From Octopus bimaculoides (lineage: Eukaryota), in assembly GCF_001194135.2 (NCBI RefSeq), contig NC_068989.1:88446567-88510566 (forward strand): DNA of 64,000 nt. The letters run 5' to 3'. A program made the position numbers and the translations under genes. Numbering within the stretch: position 1 is the stretch's first letter; each line of letters opens with the position of its first letter. Of this stretch, positions 63,525-64,000 are shown one piece after another. The notes beneath the pieces are model-generated. The model worked only from the letters and a program-made list of their open reading frames with translations, ran no database searches and was not told the origin of the DNA.

Positions 63525-63770
63525 AATGGTAGATGGAAACTGAAAGAAGCCCTTTGTATATATATGTCTGTGTTTGTTCCCCACAACATCACTTGACAAC
63601 TGATGCTGGTGTGTTTACGTCTCCGTAACTTAGCAGTTCGGCAAAAAAGACTGATAGAATAAGTACTATTCTTACAAAGAATAAGTCCAGGGGTTGATTT
63701 GTTCGACTAAAGGCGGTGCTCCAGCATGGCCACAGTCAAATGACTGAAACAAATAAAAGAATAAAAGAAT
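63525..63770 (+). mobile_element. tRNA-derived SINE, family B, 5'-truncated
   Basis: GGAAACTGAAAGAAGCCC through GAAACAAATAAAAGAATAAAAGA tail. Confidence 0.9.
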
Positions 63771-64000
63771 ATATTATGTATATATTGTTATATTTGGGGG
63801 ATGGTCAGTTTTGTTTTTTTTTCCCCAATATACACACGCTATTTATTTGATCTTCACTTTAGCTTTTTTTATCAATATTATAAACTTATTTATCAGAGTT
63901 CTTTTGTCACACATTCTCTGATCTCTTCAATAATTATCTATCTTATGTCTCCTTTTCTCTCTGGTCTCATCCCATCTATTCCATCTTGTCTTTATGGTAT

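Noticed and set aside
62670-63530. Possible pogo/Tc2-type MITE
   Set aside because: It has a short subterminal direct repeat (TGTAATTT(G/A)CGCA), but I could not find matching inverted termini or a TSD.

Overview
Eukaryotic, AT-rich, repeat-saturated genomic DNA from a gapped draft assembly. N runs lie at 18358-18573, 35037-35369, 37011-37454, 40779-41654, 42861-43027, 48176-48497 and 51634-51865, plus several 10-N joins. The dense (AT)n/(CAT)n/(GT)n microsatellites and abundant tRNA-headed SINEs are consistent with an octopod cephalopod; this is inference from recalled repeat families, not a database hit. Most of the window is transposon debris: two major and at least one minor tRNA-headed SINE family, many 5'-truncated RTE LINE 3' ends with (ATG)n tails, CR1/Jockey-type LINEs, a Penelope-like element with a decayed hammerhead motif, DD37D (maT) and DD34D-type mariner relics, a pogo relic, hAT and TTAA-type MITEs, and a 5S rRNA pseudogene. 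No complete protein-coding gene is present, and nearly all ORFs in the supplied track are microsatellite or TE artefacts. Host-gene signals: (i) a probable first coding exon at 55583-55697 (+) for a type II membrane protein, with a perfect GTCACGTGAC motif 15 bp upstream and a possible alternative first exon at 57716-57911; (ii) a set of minus-strand, apparently non-coding exons and CpG-rich promoters (about 26.0, 24.5 and 1.8 kb, an 80-bp exon at 10.2 kb, an acceptor at 301) suggesting a multi-promoter 5' leader or lncRNA running off the left edge. The most unusual structures are a stack of different SINE subfamilies each separated by the same 18-bp target motif (38064-38955), a 33-bp minisatellite that reads as an 11-aa repeat (5451-5880), and 66-bp double-hairpin modules in the RTE 3' UTR. 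I found no clear evidence of a wholly new biological system; the leads are graded below.
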